From Callorhinchus milii (Eukaryota): a DNA stretch of 64,000 nucleotides. A program made the position numbers and the translations under genes. The notes beneath the pieces are model-generated. The model had not been told where the DNA came from, made no database searches, and worked only from the letters and a program-made list of their open reading frames with translations. The stretch is taken from the NCBI RefSeq assembly GCF_018977255.1, contig NW_024704742.1:53074001-53138000 (forward strand), read 5' to 3'. This document shows, piece by piece, positions 22,643 through 35,659 of this stretch; positions within the stretch are counted from its first letter, which is position 1, and the number at the start of each line of letters is the position of its first letter.

Positions 22643-25507
22643 TCTTCATACCTACTGCCATCTAGTGCTATAACAAAGACATTGACTAAACCAAGCACAG
22701 GACTTTTGTTTCCCTTGAGCATAATTTTGCACTGTGGTATTGAACACTGTGCAGACCTTATCTCTTAACATTTAGTAGCTTCTTATGAAGGCTTCGCAAA
22801 ATTATCTGGTTAGCAGGAAATTTGCTGATTGTAGCTAAGGTGCAGACCTGTAGTTGAGCTGCACTGTGATTTTTTTTTGGTGAATGATGTTGCCCTTCTA
22901 AACACCCCCCACTCCTACAATCTGAATGAGTTGAGTTTCCCTTCTATCAAAAGTGAAAGTGCTTTGACCCCATCACTAGCATCAAAACAACTTATGCAAC
23001 TTCATTCTATTTCTGGGACTCAAACCACCAAATGACAGTGCAGAGTAATACTGTATTAAAGCACCTGGCAATAAACAATGTTCTAAGCAGAGGTTCAGCA
23101 TCACTTGTTTTTTTCAAGTCTGTCATCACTGTTGACTTGAATATCTGACCATATTCTGGTGTTTGCATGGGGGATGAGAAAGATAAATAGCTCTACCTGT
23201 TAACTAACTGTAATGGACCTGAAAGCAACAACTCTGAGTAGATCTGGTTGTCTCAGGGAAGCCGCACAAGTCGAAGTGAAGTCCATTGATGTGAATGTCT
23301 CAAAAAGGCAATACGAAAACTGAACTTTGCTTTGCTACAACTCTTAAAAGATGGAATTATTGGCAGCATTTAAATGTGGAATTTGATTTGCTAGCATCGC
23401 CCGCCCGTTTCCAATTATATTTACAAAGTTATATATCTTTAAATTAATTTCTCTTTCAATGAAGCAGTGCTGCATTTTCGTTTTTGAACTCGCTTTATAA
23501 AAAAATCTTGAAGCTGTGATGGGAAGACGGTAGGGTGGATATTCTGAAAATATGAGATCAAATGGGCTGAAAAGCCTTCCTCATCTGAACCTCTGGTGAT
23601 CCCATGAGTTTCAAATCTGGTAATCTAAAGTGCCATCTTGTGGCGATGGTTTTCCACTACAGCAGGATGCAGGAGTCCATGGAATACTGTGATGGATTCA
23701 CAAACACTGTTAAGGTCAATATTATACCATCAGTGGATGTACAGTTCCAATTTCACAGTGGCTTAAGAATGGATCAATGCCCAGCTGGAGGGTATAGGAA
23801 TAAAACTCTAATTATCTTCAAGGCTTTGGGGACGAAAAGCAGGAACTCAATGCAGTGAATCTTCAGCTAAGTAACAGAAGCACATCTACAAGTTGGAGAG
23901 CAACCAGGCATTGATATCTATAGATTGAAATTCAATTTGTTAATTGAAACATATGTGCCTGAAACTACAGTGCAGCCCAGTCAGCCTGGCATTGGTAGCA
24001 CTCTCGCTTCTGAGTCAGAAGGTTGTGGGTTCAAGTCCCGCAGTGAGACTTTGAACTCACATAGTCTAGGTTGACACTGCAGAATAGTGCTGGGGGTGTG
24101 TTGCATTGCCGCAGGTGCCATCCTTCAGATGAAATGTTAAACCGAGCTGCCGTCCACTGGTTCAGGTGTGCATTAAAGATCCCGTTTAAATAATTCTAAA
24201 ACAAATTGCAATTACAAACACTAGCAAAGTCTGTTCTGCAACCAATGTTTTACTTTCCAGCCTCTTGTCAAAACTGTTCAGGCTTTTTCTTGGCCAAACA
24301 ACAATCTGAAAGTAATAGACCGACCACAATGAAGACTTCCAATTTTTCAGGAGTAAAATAAAGGTCAATGGTAAGGCAGCAACATCTAGGTTGTGAATGC
24401 TGCAGTTTTAACTTTTAGAAGGTTCAACCCCAGTGTTTCAGATTCTTAAAAAGACTAGATTGAATTTCAAGCCCCTGGACTCATTGGGGTGAACTTATAT
24501 CAGATAACCTTTAACCATGAATGAATATCTGGATACGTAGAGACCACAATTCAGCTTTTATGATTCAGTTACAGCATTGGTGCTAAAAAAGAAACAAACA
24601 TTTCTGCCACTCATTCAAGGAGAGTATCTTTTGCCATCTCCAAAACCAAACCAGGCCAGGATAGGAAGCACCAATGTGGGTCATCAGCTTTGATAAATTT
24701 GTGTCAGTCGGTAACACTTTTGCTGCTGACTATGAAGGTTGTGTGTTCAAGCCCCAATATCGGTTCTTAAGCTTTCAGTCTAGGCTGCCACTCCGGTGCA
24801 GAACGTTACATTGTTGGAGGTGTCTGTAGCAAAAAATCTTCATTTTTCTAGGATCAAAGAGGCCATAGAGATCTTTTAGGGTCTGTTCCTTGCCTATGAA
24901 GGTATCACATATATCACCAGCTGATATGCAGTTTTTTCTTCCATCCTACCACTTTGTCTCCCTCCCTCTCCCACTCAATTCGCCGCCGCTCTTTCGGTGT
25001 TACCTACGTGAAGGGTATTATGAAAATGCAAGTTGTTGTTTTAATGCTCAAAACATACAGGGAGACATTTAACTAAGTCTAGACATCCTCTATTTATGTA
25101 GCATTTCAAACCATCAAAACACAGTTACAACATTTCACAATTTATTCTGTGAAGTGCTTTGAGATGTCTCTACCGCGTGCTAAGGCACTGTATGAAATGC
25201 AGGATTATTATTATTATGACTATCAGAGTTTTCAAGCTTTATTTTTGAAGAACTCGGAATAAAGTAATCTGAACTAAAATAATAACCTTGCTTTTGATAT
25301 AGCTCCTTTCATACCAGGAGGATGCCTCGAAGCACCTAGAATGAACACAAGGAACTGACAATCATCCAGATGCTTAAAATACACTCCACAGCAAATCTTG
25401 TTTCCTTTGGTGTTGTTCAGTTGTGTGTTGGTGAGCACGCCGTTATGTGAGATTTCTTAATCAAGGAATCCAAGTGGGAACTTCTACCGGTAACTGGAAG
25501 TACGCCA

Positions 25508-26578
25508 ATAATAATAATAATAATCCTTGCATTTGACATAGCACCTTCTCACGTCTTCTAGACATCTCAAAGTGCTTCACAGAATATCATGTAAAGTGGA
25601 TTGACTGTATATTTTGTGGGTGAAACCAGCAGCCAATTGCGCACAGCAGTGTCCCACAAATAATCATGTATTGAAGTGGTCAATTTATTATTTTTTTAAA
25701 ATTAATTATTACCCCAGGAAAAGCGATCCGCTAATCTCCTATCAATCAGGTTCCTACTTACTGACCTGCTGAAACTCTGGTCCACGCCTTTATCACCTCA
25801 AGGCTGGACTATGGGAACTCTCTCCTCGCCGGCCTTCCCGCCACCTCCCTCCACAAGCTGCAGGTCATTCAGAACTCTGCAGCTCGTGTACTGTCCCGCA
25901 CCAGGCTTCGCAACCACATCACTCCCACCCTCGCTCGCCTCCACTGGCTCCCCATCCCCCAGAGGATCGAATTCAAGATCCTCATCCTCATCTACAAGGC
26001 CATTCACAGCCTTGCTCTCTCCTACCTCTCCGACCTACTGTCCCCCTATCTACCTGCCCGTACCCTCCGTTCCTCTGGCTCCGGTCTGCTCCACATCCCC
26101 CGCCCCAACCGCCCTACCATTGGTGGCCGGGCCTTCAGCCTCTCAGCCCCGAGGCTCTGGAACTCCATCCCCCAGTGCCTTCGCCGCCTCCTCCCTTTCC
26201 TCCTTCAAGGCCGGTCTCAAGACCTTTCTCTTTGACCGTACCTTCAGCTCCCCTCTCGACTCTCTACCCCCTCCTCGCTCCCTCCCTTCCCTCTGCTCAC
26301 CCTGACCATTTCCCCCCTCCTCGCTCCCTCCCTTCCTCCCCCTCACCCTGACCATTTCCCCCCTGCTCGGATCCCGACCCAACTGTCCAGTGCCTTGGGA
26401 CGTCCTCCTGACGTGAAAGGCGCTCTATAAATGCGATCTTGTTGTTGTTGTTGTTACTGCTAGGTAAACAGAGCTGTGTGAAGTAAGGAAACTTGTCCAA
26501 CATTTCACACTGCCAGGAATCAAACCCAGGTCTCTCGCTTGCAAGGCGAGTGCTCTAACCACTGAGCTACAGGACTCC
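25508..26578 (-). mobile_element. tRNA-Ala-like SINE, long variant, split by an L2 insertion
   Basis: The 3' part (25508-25763) and 5' part (26456-26578) rejoin into the consensus GGTTCCTACTTACTGCTAGGTAAACAGAG. Confidence 0.9.
25764..26455 (+). mobile_element. Young 5'-truncated L2 LINE nested in a SINE
   Basis: RT C-terminal region, (GTT)n tail and a flanking (TT)ACTG duplication. Confidence 0.92.
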
Positions 26579-26979
26579 AATCATGCCATATAGGATCTCC
26601 TTCCAACATGATCTACTTTCAAAGTAGAGATGACATGATGTACTGCTAGAACTTGTACCTAAACGTATAGAAATGGGAGTCACACACATTAATCTACTCC
26701 TGAGAACCTAAGAACTTATTCTCAAAATCTAGCCACATACTCCTCCACCTACTCAGTCATAAAACAGATTGAGACACAATAAAATGTACTGGAGACTGAG
26801 CGTTTAACTACCTTCAGGTATAAAAGGAATTTTCTTCATAAAGGCAGCAATATAACTCTGTAAAAGACTTAGATGAGTTCCATGGCAACAGTTGTTCAAC
26901 AATTTAATTAAAACGGTTTTAGTGGAGCTCTATGGTGATGCATTGCTTCAATGCTCCCATATGTTGTAATAATAATAAT

Positions 26980-27426
26980 AAGATTCACCAGAATGCTACC
27001 AGGGCTAAATGAGTTTAATTATGAGGACAGCTTGCATAACCTTGGTCTCTATTCCCTTCGGTTTAGAAGGTTGAGGGGTAATCTGATTGAGGTTTTTAAA
27101 ATAATAAAGGGATTCGATAGGGTAGATACAGGGAAACTATTTCCTCCAGTAGGGGAATCCAGAACAAGGGGGCATTATCTTAAAATTAGAGCTAGGCATT
27201 TAGGAGTGAAACTAGGAGGCAGTTTTCACACAAAGGATAGTGGAAATCTGGAACTTTGCCCCCAAAAGGCTGTGGCTGCTGGATCCATTCATGTCTTCAA
27301 GGCTGAAATGGATAGGCATTTGTTAGGTACTAAGGGATACGAGACAAGGGTGGGTAATTGGACTTGAGGTACAGATCAGCCATGATCTTATAGAATGTTG
27401 GAACAGGCTTAAGGAGCTGAATGGCT
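26980..27426 (+). mobile_element. CR1 LINE 3' fragment
   Basis: RFTRMLPGL...LGLYSL...RRLRGNLIEVFKIIKGFDRVD...SRTRGH. Confidence 0.92.
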
Positions 27427-27427
27427 A

Positions 27428-27776
27428 AGCGCCTTATCACGTCTTCAAGACGTCTCAAAGCAATTTACAGAATATACTGTAAAATAAATTGACCGTATAT
27501 TTTGTCGATGAAATGTGTCAGCTAATTGTGCACAGCAGTGTCCCACAAACAATCGTGGATTGAGCGACCACATTATTTATTAATTTATTTGTTTATATTT
27601 AGAAGGGATGATTACCCCCGGAAAAGTGATTTACCAATTGACTGACATCCGGGTTCCTATTTACTGCTAGGTAAACAGAGACGTGTGGAGTAAGGATACT
27701 TGCCCCCTCCCGAGAATCGAACCCAGGTCCTCTCGCTTGGGAAGCGAGTGCTTTAACCAGTAAGCTACAGGATTCC
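27428..27776 (-). mobile_element. tRNA-Ala-like SINE, long variant
   Basis: Reverse complement of the 9496 family, with the tail clipped. Confidence 0.85.
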
Positions 27777-28751
27777 ACATTCCTCAGGTGGTAGGATTCA
27801 CATATTTGCATATTTCTGTATGTGACAACTTTCCTATCTCATCCCAAGGACTCAAGTTCAAAAATAATGGGGCTACACCAAAATACCCCTGAGCTGCACA
27901 GGTGGAATATCAATCTTATTTCCTCCATATCCCACATATCTGTAACATATCTGTGTCATTTCCCCTCTCAGGATTCTTGACTTAAATGAAATTAAGTCTG
28001 ATTCTGTTTCTCTTCTCACACTTGAGGCTACGACTCTGGATCCATTTAAAAAGCAGCTTGATGCTGTGGTGGGGAGACAGTAACATGGGTTATTCTGGAA
28101 GGAAGAAGTCAAATGGGTTGAAGATCCTTATTCATCCAAACCTGATCTTGTGAACGTAGAATTCTGAGTACTGGACATATCCCAATTTTGTTACATAAAC
28201 TCGCTCAGGTGGTGAAATGGGTCAAAAGGTTGTAGGTTCAAGCTCTATGTCAGAACTTTAAGATGATAATCTAAGACTACCACATCAATTGCGCTGTCAA
28301 TAGTGCCGTTCTTTAAATGAAATAATAATAATCCTTGTATTTGACATAGCGCTTTTCACGCCTTCTAGACGTCTCAAAGCGCTTCACAGAATATGCTGTA
28401 AAGTGAATTGACTGTATATTTGTGGGTGAAACACAGCAGCCAATTGCACACAGCAGTCATGGATTGAAAATGACCAATGTATTATTGTTTTGTTTTGGAG
28501 GGATTATTATTATTTATTATTAAATGTTAAACCAAGGTCCTATTTGTCTGTTTAGGTGGACATTAAAAACCTAAAGTTACTGTTTGAAAACATATAGGAG
28601 TTTCTGCTGGTTTCGTGGCCAACAATTCTCCAGATAAAATTGTTATTCATTTCATTCATTGGTTGTTTGTGGGATACTGCTGTGTACATTGTCCTTCACT
28701 TACACAATCGCTCCACTTTATAGTAAATCCCTTGTCATGTTCTGATGACAC

Positions 28752-29261
28752 GTTCTGGTCACAGAGGTACAAAAAAGATATTGGAGAAATCGAGAAGATA
28801 CAGAGAAGGGCAACCAAGATGAATGAGGGAATGGAAGGACTGGACTATGAGGAGTGACTAAGTGAATTGGGCATGTTCACGCTGGAAAAGAGAAGATTGA
28901 GAGGCAACATGATTTCTGTCTTTAATATTCTAAAGGGTCTAGACAATATAGATCATGAATAGTAAAACCAGAGGAAATAGCCTGTGATTGAAGGGGTAAA
29001 TTCAGAACTAATCTATGCAAACACTATTTCAATGAGCGAATAGTGAACCTGTGGAACAGGCTCCCTAGGGAGACGGTTGAAGCAGGAAATGTTGATTCTT
29101 TCAAACATAGGTTAGATAGTTTTCTTTTAGGAAATAACATCATGGGATGTAGTACATGGGTAGTTTGGGACATATGTGCACGTGACCGCCAGGAAGGTGG
29201 AAAGCGAACTAGATGGACCTTGGTCTTTTTTTATCTAGCATTTCTTATGTTAAGTTCTTAT
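28752..29261 (+). mobile_element. CR1 LINE 3' fragment (second subfamily)
   Basis: KKDIGEIEKIQRRATKM...LDYEE...VNLWNRLPRETVEA. The same 3' tail occurs at about 63620-63733. Confidence 0.9.
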
Positions 29262-29784
29262 GACATGACAAGGTGATTTTTGATACACAAGGGTTATTTT
29301 TAACTGACTGGTGCTGTTTTGCAGATATCTGTACATCTGTTCAGCTGTTCCTGCACAGTACTCTCATCAGCCCCCAGCTAGTAAGATTAGCTTATATAAG
29401 TCAGCCTCATAATAGCTTTACTGCTGGATGTAATGATACATTTTATCCATACATCACCCGGTAGTGTAACTAAGTAGAAAAGCCCTTGATGTGCAAGTCA
29501 GTAACTGATTAATCTTGTTGCCAACAACTTCATGCTGACTGGAATGGAGCCAAATGTATTTTACTTAAAAAAGTCTGGTAGACATTGAGATCAACCACCA
29601 GCACAGGTGTTGATACAAGGAACTATAAAGCATTTCTACAAGGGATTAGATGAGTTCCTGGAAACTGAAAGGCTTCAGGGATATTAAATGATAAGCTAGT
29701 TGTGTTGATGGAATCTTTTGAGAAGTTGCGTGGGTAGGCTAGATAGACTCCTGCTTGAAACTGTTACCATTGTATTATATACAG

Positions 29785-30130
29785 TCTAACTCAGTTGGTA
29801 GCATTCTTGCTCCAAGTCAGACGACTGTGAGTTCACGTTATACGTTTGGACTTTGAGTATATAGTCTAAACTGTCATTCCAATGCAGTACTGGGGGTGTG
29901 CTACATTGTGTTGGAGGTGCTGTCCTTTGGATGAGACATTAAACTGAGGTCCCATTGGTCTGTTCAGATGTATATTAAAGATCCCATGGCACTATTTGAA
30001 GAGAAAATGGAGTTTTACCATGTGTCTTGGCCAACATTCCTTAAATTAAAAAATGGTCATTCACTTCATGGCTGTCTATGGGATATTGCTGCGTGCAAAT
30101 ACAATAAATCCTATGAAGCACTTTAAGACA
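29785..30130 (+). mobile_element. Older Deu-type tRNA SINE
   Basis: CTCAGTTGGTAGCA head and TTTGGATGAGACATTAAACTGAGG...TTAAAGATCCCATGGCACTATTT core. Confidence 0.75.
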
Positions 30131-30741
30131 TTTCAGAGACATTATAGAGGAACGACCCCAACTCCCCAAGTTTATATTTAATTTGTGACATATTTAGAAG
30201 GATATTTTGGTTTACATCACATAGAAGAATTACATTTGTTTTGCTCAAGGCAACAATTATTTTTCAAAGAGAGTGTTGCACAGTGTTAAGTACATTTTTA
30301 CCACGTAGGTTCTAAAACATATAAACATATATAATTAATTTTAATTCTAATTTTAAACCAGATTGCTTTTAATAGTCGTATTTTAATAATAATAACAATA
30401 ATCTTTACGTTTGATATACCACCTTATCACATCATTGAGACATCTCAAAGCACTTCACAGAATATACTGTAAAATGGATTGACTATGTATTTGTGGGTGA
30501 AATGAAAATAAGAAAATCAAGAAGAAAATACATTTTCTTATTGCACAGCAATGGGTTCATACTATCATATTGATAAATACATCCTTATGTCGAAAGCAAT
30601 CATGTGTGAAATCATCTATTTGTTTACCAAAGACTGTCACTGCCTATAGCTGTTACAATTTGAGTCTTTACTCTGATCTAACTCTCCATGCACGCTTGCT
30701 AACTGCTCGTTGACCTTGTTTAGACTCTTTCCTTGCAACAT

Positions 30742-31054
30742 GGAGTCCTGTAGCTCAGTGGTTAGAGCACTCGCTTTGCAAGTGAGAGACCTGAGTTCAA
30801 TTCCAGGCAGAGCAAAACCTTGGGCAAGTTTCCTTACTCCACACAGAGCCTAATAATAATCCCTCCAAAACAAAACAATAATAAATTGGTCATTTTCAAT
30901 CCACCACTGTTTGTGGGACATTGCTGTGCGCAATTGGCTGCCGCGTTCGCCCACAAATATACAGTCAATTCACTTTACAGTGTGTTCTGTGAAGCGCTTT
31001 GGGACGTCCTCCCGACGTGAAAAGCACTATATCAAATGCAAGGATTATTATTAT
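30742..31054 (+). mobile_element. tRNA-Ala-like SINE, short young variant
   Basis: Closely similar to the 22321 copy. Confidence 0.92.
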
Positions 31055-33072
31055 ATAACATGTTAGCATGCTGCAAGCATATTGTAACTGCTTTGTCCTT
31101 GGTACATCAACAAAGAATGATTGTAAACAAGAGAAAAGGAGGGTGAAACGAGTGGCTATAATGCCATGGGTAACATTTATTTCTGCTTTGATAACCTTCC
31201 CCATGAATCTTTACTGTATGGTCACTATGTGTATTTTAAGAATAAAAGGTGACATTGGTAGTCACTGCAAAGGAAAATGATGCCTGGGGGCATTTGAAAT
31301 GAGACTGATTCAGTTTCTATGGGAAAAATACAACAAAGCACAGTATTTGTTTGTTGCTATTGAAACTGTAATGGACACTTTAAATTCTGCCAAAGTGTCT
31401 TTTTGATTGCTTTAAATTCTGTGTCCATCTTGCTCTGCAATGAATTCACTATTCCTTTAGACAGCGTACAATGCCGTTTCCACTTCATCGCTCCAGCCTG
31501 CTATTTCATACATGAATTAACTAGGCAGTGCTTATGCATGGGCGACCTGTATAAGCTGAGGTCTGATCATTCACTACAGAGCTTGTTTAGCTTTTATTGT
31601 GTGTCACAGAAAGATTTTCAGTATGTTTTACAATTCTAAAGAGGAAGGTGAACTGCACAACACTGGGAGCAGAGCACAAGGTAAAGAATTTTGGTGATAT
31701 ATTTTTCTGTTTACTCCTTTTCTTTGTTGTTGCCCTTCTCAATCACTCATTTGCTCTATTATGTACTGTTTCATTCAGTTGTTCCATCATTCTGCTTTCC
31801 CCTGACTCTTTCTCTGTGTCTCTCCTTCTCATTTTGTCTTCCTTTCCCATGCTTGAGGGTGTCAACCTCACTTCAATACTCACGAGCCATTTTATTTTGA
31901 TGTAGCTGTGTTCTGAATTTAAGATTAATTTGCTGGTTTGCAGGGTGTTGACAGTGGCTGTTTATGTATCTAGAACCACAAGCTGTCAAAAAGTGAAAAA
32001 AAAATCAGTGAGCTAAGATTGACAGAACTGTACTTGAGCAATCATTGGGAGATGACCCGATAACTGTTGGAAGCGTAGCATGCTGCAATGGATTCAGAAA
32101 ATGAAATGGGAAAGATTATTTAACACTGAAAGCTGGATGCTTAAAGGGAATCTGTATCACAATTCATAGGTAACAGATTGGAAAAAAAGCAGCAATCTTC
32201 TGATTTATTTCTCAGCGCATGGAGATACTGAAAATTCAAGTGTAAGTAACATTCATGTTACCTCTATAGCTCAGTGTCTTGTAATACCATATGTATGATA
32301 GGTGTGATGGGAAGGTCTTAGGGGATTTTATGCTGGTTGGCCATATTCATACATTTTCTTTTTTATGGTTATTATAGCTTTAGTCTTAAATGACTGCAAT
32401 AATGTTCTATGTGTGAATGATCATTGCACTGATACGCTGCCAAAGTGAATAAAGGTGCTTCAGTCCAATGTTTCCTGAAAGTCTCACTTTTTCACTTGAT
32501 GCCTGGGCTTTTCAAACAGACTATGTAGTCAAGCCTTTGGATACGTATAGCACTTCTGTATAAAAAGACAATGTTACAACTCCGTTGATGGCTCAGTTTG
32601 TAAATCTGCTGCTTGGGAATAAAACTAATCTATGCAGACAAAGCTCGAGATCACAAGATCGAGTTGGACATCATTCCTTCCACTCCACCAACTTCAGCCT
32701 ATTTCTTATCCTCTCCCTCCACCCGCCGGTGCCCCACCATTAGCAGACAAGCTTTTAGATACCTTGCTTCCACCCGCTGAAAATCTCTTCCCAATTCCCT
32801 CCACCTTGCCTTCCCTCTCTCTTTCTCTGATTTCAAAGCCTATCCAAAGACATACCTCTTTGTGTTTTCAGTCACATCTCTCTATATCACATCAATCACA
32901 TCAGTCACATCAATCCATGACTGTTTGTGGGACACTGCTGTGCGCAATTGGCTGCCGAATTTCGCCCACAAATATACAGTCAATTCACTTTACAGTACAT
33001 TCTGTGAAGCGCTTTGAGCCGTCGAGAAGACATGAAAAGCACTATATCAAATGCAAGGATTATTATCATTAT

Positions 33073-33912
33073 AACAAGACCGAGACTCTCCTGATTGGCT
33101 CCCGTCAGCCCCTCCACACCTCCCATCACCATCCATGGTTGCACACTCCACCTCACTAAGCCAGTCCGGAACCTTGGTGTCTTGTTTGACCCTCAACTAT
33201 CCTTTCTACCCCACATCCATGCCATGACCTGCTCTGCCTTCCCTCACCTCCGTAACATCACCTACTCCGCCCCTGTCTCACACCGCAGGCTGCCAAAACA
33301 CTCATACACGTATTCATTACATCGAGGCTCGACTATGCAAACTCCTACATGTCGGCCTCCCCAATTCCTCCCTTCATAGGTTGCAGATCATCCAGAACTC
33401 TGCAGCCCATGTTCTCTCCCACACTAGGCTCTGTGATCCTATCGCCCCCATCCTCAGCAGACTCCACTGGCTTCCCATCACACAGAGGATACAGTTCAAG
33501 ATCCTGGTCCTCACCTTCAAAGCCCTGCATGGTCCTGCTCCCCACTACCTCTGCGACCTCCTAACCTCTTACCATCCCACTCGCTCTCTCCACTCAGTGG
33601 GCTCCGGCCTGCTTCACGTCCCCACCTTGCTTTCCCCACTATTGGCAGGTAGGCCTTCCACTCTGCCCCCACCATCTGGAACTCTATCTTGCAGTCCCTC
33701 TGTCTCGCCCCCTCCCTTACCTCCTTCAACACCCATCTCAAGAGCTTTCTCTTTGACTGTGTTTTCGATCACTCTGCTTCTCCCCCTGCCCTCCACCCTC
33801 CCTGATCCCGATCCCGACCTCCAGCTCGGGTCTGAAACTGTCTGTCCAGCACCTTGGAATGTCCTCCCAACGTGAAAGGCACTATACAAATGTAATGTTG
33901 TTGTTGTTGTTG
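33073..33912 (+). mobile_element. L2 LINE 3' fragment
   Basis: NKTETLLIG, VRNLGVLFD, LQIIQNSAA...LHWLPI...KILVLTFKALHG, with a (GTT)n tail. Confidence 0.92.
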
Positions 33913-34640
33913 TGGAACACCACCACAGCAAAAGTCATCATCTGCTGGAGAGTGTAGTGAGAAAAATAGAAGAAAATATTACTAATCCTTGTATCTGATA
34001 TAGCAATTATAATGTCTGAATGTCTCAAAGAGTAACTATTGTGAAGAGCAGTAACTGTGCATTTGTGGGCAAAGAGGTTGCATGCAGAAAGATCCCCAAA
34101 AAACAATGACAGGAATGACCAATTTATCTGGAGAAACGTTGGATAGGACATGAGGAGACATTCCCTTCTCCTTTCAGTTTAATATCTCACTGGAAGGGCA
34201 GCCCTTATGGTGTAATAATAATATTATAATTGTTAGTTATTAATTATAATATTAATCCTTGCATTTGATACAATACCTTTCATGTCGGGAGGACAGCTCA
34301 AGCGCATCACATGAATTACTGTAAAAAGTTGTAACTGTGTTTTGTAGGAAAACTATGAGCTCAAGTATTTGTATCTATGAACATCTGACTCAGCTTGAAT
34401 ACACTAACATCTGACTAAGCTAGGGTGCTGTCAATCTGACCTCTGAGAGTAAATCCAATTATAAGTGTTGTATATCAATGGCGCCTAATTTTTGGAGAAT
34501 ATCTGAAATGAAGAATCAAATTTAAGATTAATTTCAATGACACGTTGGTTCTTCAGAAGGTTCACTTGAAATAAATGACCCTGAAATGTCCTCCTACAGA
34601 AAAATCCTGTTTTAAATGAACCAATAAAAAATGGCAGATC

Positions 34641-34850
34641 TCTGTGTTGTCAGGTTGCTGTTGATGTCACTTCATGCATGTTGCACAGGAAGCACCGCCG
34701 AAGTTACGTCCTGTGGGCTGCTCATGCCCGCAATGCACAGAGAGCGTCACTGATGTCACTTCCAACCAATGTCAGTGGTGCTTCCTGTACATGTTATCGT
34801 GCAGATGCAGCACACAAGAAATGACATCAGTGGCAACCTGAGAACTCAGA
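34641..34850. repeat. Fold-back element with nested inverted repeats
   Basis: 34641-34685 is an imperfect reverse complement of 34806-34850. Inner CAGGAAGCACC pairs with GGTGCTTCCTG. Arm homologues occur at about 42074-42125 and 42205-42262. Confidence 0.7.
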
Positions 34851-35394
34851 AGACAGCTGGTTTTTAGCTTGAGAATCTGACTAGTCAGTGTCGGAAACTG
34901 GATGTACCACACTTTGGGAAAGCGTGGATCCACAGTAGATCCATGCTCTAAGCTGTAAAGGGGTTCCTCTGTATTTCATGTGATAGCTCTTGGAGCATAG
35001 TTAAAATTCCTTCTATTTTATTGCCACAGTCATATTCAAAGACTGTTCAGACGGTGCAGTTCACACTTTCTAGGGATCCACAGAGGTGTAGCCCTGTCTC
35101 AGAATGTTTCCAACTGCTTGTACTTTCAAATGTGTGAAGCTATTACATTTTCTTTAAATAAATCAGTTCTACCCATATCCTCTCAGTGCAGCTTTCCTAA
35201 GAAGGGATTCAGGCTGCATATAACATCTAGGTTTGATTATAATACTCGACTTGGACTGCTGACTATTTTGGCATGTTTCAAATACCAAGAGGAGGCAGTC
35301 TGATTAGATAGGTAACAAAAGATAATTTTGAGTTCCAGGGGAAATTGAAGAGGATTTCACAATCAACAAAATGTGAGCTATGAGCAACAACTAG

Positions 35395-35658
35395 ACAAGC
35401 TGGGTCTGAAGACGTTAGCTTGTCATCGATTAGACAAGCTAACTTCTTCAGTCTTGAAAAAGTGAACCCAGACCAAGACGTTAGGATGCACCAAGACAGT
35501 AGAACGAGAGGACATGGGTTTAGAATTCAAAAGGACAATTTCAGAACAGGCACCAAGAAGTTCTTCTTTACCCTGAGGTTAATTAATGACTGGAACAGAT
35601 TGCTGGGAAGGATGGTTGAGATCAAGACACTGGTCTCATAAAAAAAGCAGCTTGATGC
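35395..35658 (+). mobile_element. CR1 LINE fragment
   Basis: DSRTRGHGFRI...KFFFTLRLINDWNRL. Confidence 0.75.
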
Positions 35659-35659
35659 T

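Noticed and set aside
22399..22673. Recurrent small ORFs such as MGKFPYST and KCKDYYY
   Set aside because: Translations of SINE copies.
32219..32247. ATG-to-donor segments in phase 2 (MEILKIQ here, another at about 43909-43952)
   Set aside because: No supporting context; they show such patterns arise by chance and are kept only as a caveat to the first-exon hypothesis.
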